DNA from: Dehalobacter sp. CP
GTDB lineage: Bacteria > Bacillota > Desulfitobacteriia > Desulfitobacteriales > Syntrophobotulaceae
Direction of reading: 5' to 3'
Length of the DNA: 24,000 nt
NCBI RefSeq assembly: GCF_047652685.1
Contig: NZ_CP157399.1
Coordinates: 1,174,916 to 1,198,915, forward strand
Shown here: positions 22,197 through 24,000 of the stretch, one piece after another
Position numbering within the stretch: the first letter of the stretch is position 1
How the letters are laid out: every line of letters starts with the position of its first letter
Notes under the pieces: model-generated
Told to the model about the DNA's origin: nothing
Databases searched by the model: none
What the model saw: the letters and a program-made list of their open reading frames with translations, nothing else
Made by a program: the position numbers and the translations under genes

Positions 22197-23390
22197 TTGC
22201 ATAAAAAACTAACCCGTATTATTTTCCGAATAGGAATTCTCCTCGTTTTTACCCTTAGTATTCAACAAATTGCAGGATTCTATCAGAAAACAGAAACCAG
22301 TCGTTTTTACCCGGTAATTAATTATCTCGATTTTTTTTCAGCAGGCAAGGAAGTCAATAAAGTACGGCCATCCGTTATTCCAGGCGGACAATCCATTGGA
22401 GTGACCTTGCAGACCAAAGGAGTCTTGATCGTAGGATATGCTCCGATCACGAACAAGGAAGGCAAACAGTCTTATCCTGCAAAGGATTCTGGAATAGAAG
22501 TTGGGGACATCATTTTAAAAATTAATGGCATCACAGCAACGAATGATTTTCAGGTAGCACAGGAAATCGATAAAAAATGCAAAGAAAACAAAACAATTGT
22601 GCTTGAGATCAAACACAAAGAAAGAATTCTGGAAAAAAAGATTCAGCCGGTATTCTGCTCAGAAACCCAAAGATATCGGATAGGGCTGTTTATCAGGGAC
22701 GAGGCTGCAGGAGTGGGAACTCTGACGTTTATTGAACCCAATACGAAAATATTCGGGGCTTTGGGACACGTCATCACGGATATTGATACCAATGACCAAA
22801 TTGAATTAAGTGACGGCAAAATCGTCGAATCCACAATCTACTCCATTGAAAAAGGTCAAAGAGGAGACCCCGGAGAAAAAATTGGTACGTTTATGCTTCA
22901 GTCAAATTTCACCGGTAAAATTGCCAAGAATTCAGCCAGCGGGATATTTGGTATTTATGAAGGTGAAATCCGGAATCCGTATTTCAGTACCATGGTTCCT
23001 ATAGCCTGGAAATCCGAGGTTGAGGTTGGACCGGCTAAAATCTATACGGTTTTAAAAGACAATACCATCGAAGAATTTGACATTAAAATAGAAAAAATTA
23101 TGCAGTACCGTACAGACAACAAAAATATGATTATCAGGATCACCGACCCGGAATTGCTGGAAAAAACCGGAGGGATCGTCCAAGGTATGAGCGGCAGCCC
23201 GATTATTCAAAATGGCAAAATTGTTGGTGCCGTTACGCATGTATTTGTCAATGATTCTACCCGGGGATACGGAATATTTATTGAGAAAATGATCGACGAA
23301 TCAGGTATAACGAGTAAAGCTGCAGCCGCCCGCGAGGGCGGTTTCTTCAGTACATGCATGCTTAATATATTTTCTTATTATATTTTATAA
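22197..23390 (+). CDS. spoIVB: SpoIVB peptidase (S55 signalling serine protease)
   Basis: 397 aa. N-terminal TM helix. PDZ region (GIEVGDIILKINGI). Catalytic motifs GALGHVITD and GMSGSPII. GYGIFIEKM near the C-terminus. Conserved position immediately before spo0A. The TTG start is uncertain. Confidence 0.9.
   Translation: MHKKLTRIIFRIGILLVFTLSIQQIAGFYQKTETSRFYPVINYLDFFSAGKEVNKVRPSVIPGGQSIGVTLQTKGVLIVGYAPITNKEGKQSYPAKDSGIEVGDIILKINGITATNDFQVAQEIDKKCKENKTIVLEIKHKERILEKKIQPVFCSETQRYRIGLFIRDEAAGVGTLTFIEPNTKIFGALGHVITDIDTNDQIELSDGKIVESTIYSIEKGQRGDPGEKIGTFMLQSNFTGKIAKNSASGIFGIYEGEIRNPYFSTMVPIAWKSEVEVGPAKIYTVLKDNTIEEFDIKIEKIMQYRTDNKNMIIRITDPELLEKTGGIVQGMSGSPIIQNGKIVGAVTHVFVNDSTRGYGIFIEKMIDESGITSKAAAAREGGFFSTCMLNIFSYYIL
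23326..23348 (+). terminator. GC-rich hairpin plus T-tract (intrinsic-terminator-like) lying inside the last 65 nt of the spoIVB ORF
   Basis: CCGCCC (23326-23331), loop gcga, GGGCGG (23336-23341), then TTTCTTC (23342-23348). The in-frame stop does not come until 23388-23390. Confidence 0.55.
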
Positions 23391-23435
23391 AATGATATTT
23401 GATACTGAATATATATATTTTTCCAATAGATCAGA

Positions 23436-23460
23436 AGGAATTGGTAAATTCTTGTCGAAA
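23436..23460 (+). promoter_or_regulatory. Candidate sigma-H-type spo0A promoter with an overlapping 0A box
   Basis: AGGAATT (23436-23442), an 11-nt spacer, then GTCGAAA (23454-23460). This fits the sigma-H pattern RnAGGAwWW-N11-12-RnnGAAT except for the last base. TGTCGAA (23453-23459) matches the Spo0A box TGNCGAA. Confidence 0.5.
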
Positions 23461-23521
23461 AGTAACTAGATTGGATTTATATGTTTTTTCGGTGTATCTT
23501 TGGAAACTGGAGGATAGTTCG

Positions 23522-24000
23522 ATGGAAACGATAAAAGTTTTGTTGGCTGACGATAACCGCGATTTTATTGAAGTATTAAAGGAATATATAAGCAATCAAA
23601 AGGACATGGTGCTTTCGGGTGTAGCTTATAACGGAAACGACGCACTGGATATGATCAAAAAAGAGGAACCTGATGTCGTGGTCCTGGATATAATTATGCC
23701 TCATCTCGACGGATTAGGCGTCATGGAAAAACTAATAAACACGATCAAAAGGCCCAAAGTGATCATTTTAACTTCTTTTGGCCAGGAAAATATGACACAG
23801 CGGGCAGTTCAGCTAGGGGCTGACTATTACATATTGAAACCGTTTGATTTGGAAACGTTAGGGAAAAGAATACGGCAGCTGGTCGGGGTTTATGAAGCCG
23901 CTCCTTCGTTTAACAATATTTCAAATGCGATGTTATCTTCGAATATGAGCAGTGTTATCCAGGTTAACGCCAAAAATTCCAAGATGATTGAAGTTGAAGT
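23522..24000 (+). CDS. spo0A: Sporulation master regulator Spo0A, N-terminal receiver domain (3' end lies outside the window)
   Basis: ATG 23522 lies behind GGAGG. It translates METIKVLLADDNRDFIEVLKEYISNQKDMVLSGVAYNGNDALDMIKKEEPDVVVLDIIMPHLDGLGVMEKL..., the canonical Spo0A receiver domain. The frame stays open to the window edge, so it is missing from the ORF track. Confidence 0.93.
   Translation, partial: METIKVLLADDNRDFIEVLKEYISNQKDMVLSGVAYNGNDALDMIKKEEPDVVVLDIIMPHLDGLGVMEKLINTIKRPKVIILTSFGQENMTQRAVQLGADYYILKPFDLETLGKRIRQLVGVYEAAPSFNNISNAMLSSNMSSVIQVNAKNSKMIEVE

Noticed and set aside
20942-23390. AT-richness of the flippase-like gene as evidence of horizontal transfer.
   Set aside because: On the single 60-nt lines I counted by hand, this gene and core spoIVB came out the same (both 22/60 G+C). 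Composition therefore does not discriminate.

Overview
This is a chromosomal segment from an endospore-forming Firmicute. Gene content (nfnAB, DUF2148, spoIIIA/spoIVB/spo0A) suggests an anaerobic Clostridia/Peptococcaceae-like organism, but that is inference only. Almost everything is on the + strand and follows the conserved Firmicute block spoIIIAD-AH | Asp23-DUF2273-nusB | xseA-xseB-ispA | dxs-tlyA-nadK-(YtqB/MnmM-like methyltransferase)-argR-recN | spoIVB-spo0A. The non-core content sits at three breaks in that order. (1) About 4.5-10.7 kb between nusB and xseA, where folD is absent: a TsaD-like paralogue, nfnAB, an IS3 orfA remnant, corA behind a ~290-nt structured leader, and a minus-strand DUF2148 gene. 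(2) The ispA-dxs interval, where from my recollection of the literature OLE RNA and oapA lie in other Firmicutes. Here it holds a 217-bp helix-closed multi-hairpin element, a DUF212 gene, and a 4-TM protein abutting dxs. (3) A minus-strand flippase-like membrane gene between recN and spoIVB. A diverged, inverted second copy of the 217-bp element lies at 9839-9986, with one compensatory base-pair change in a shared hairpin. I saw no rRNA, tRNA or CRISPR. All family assignments come from reading the translations by eye; no database search was run.
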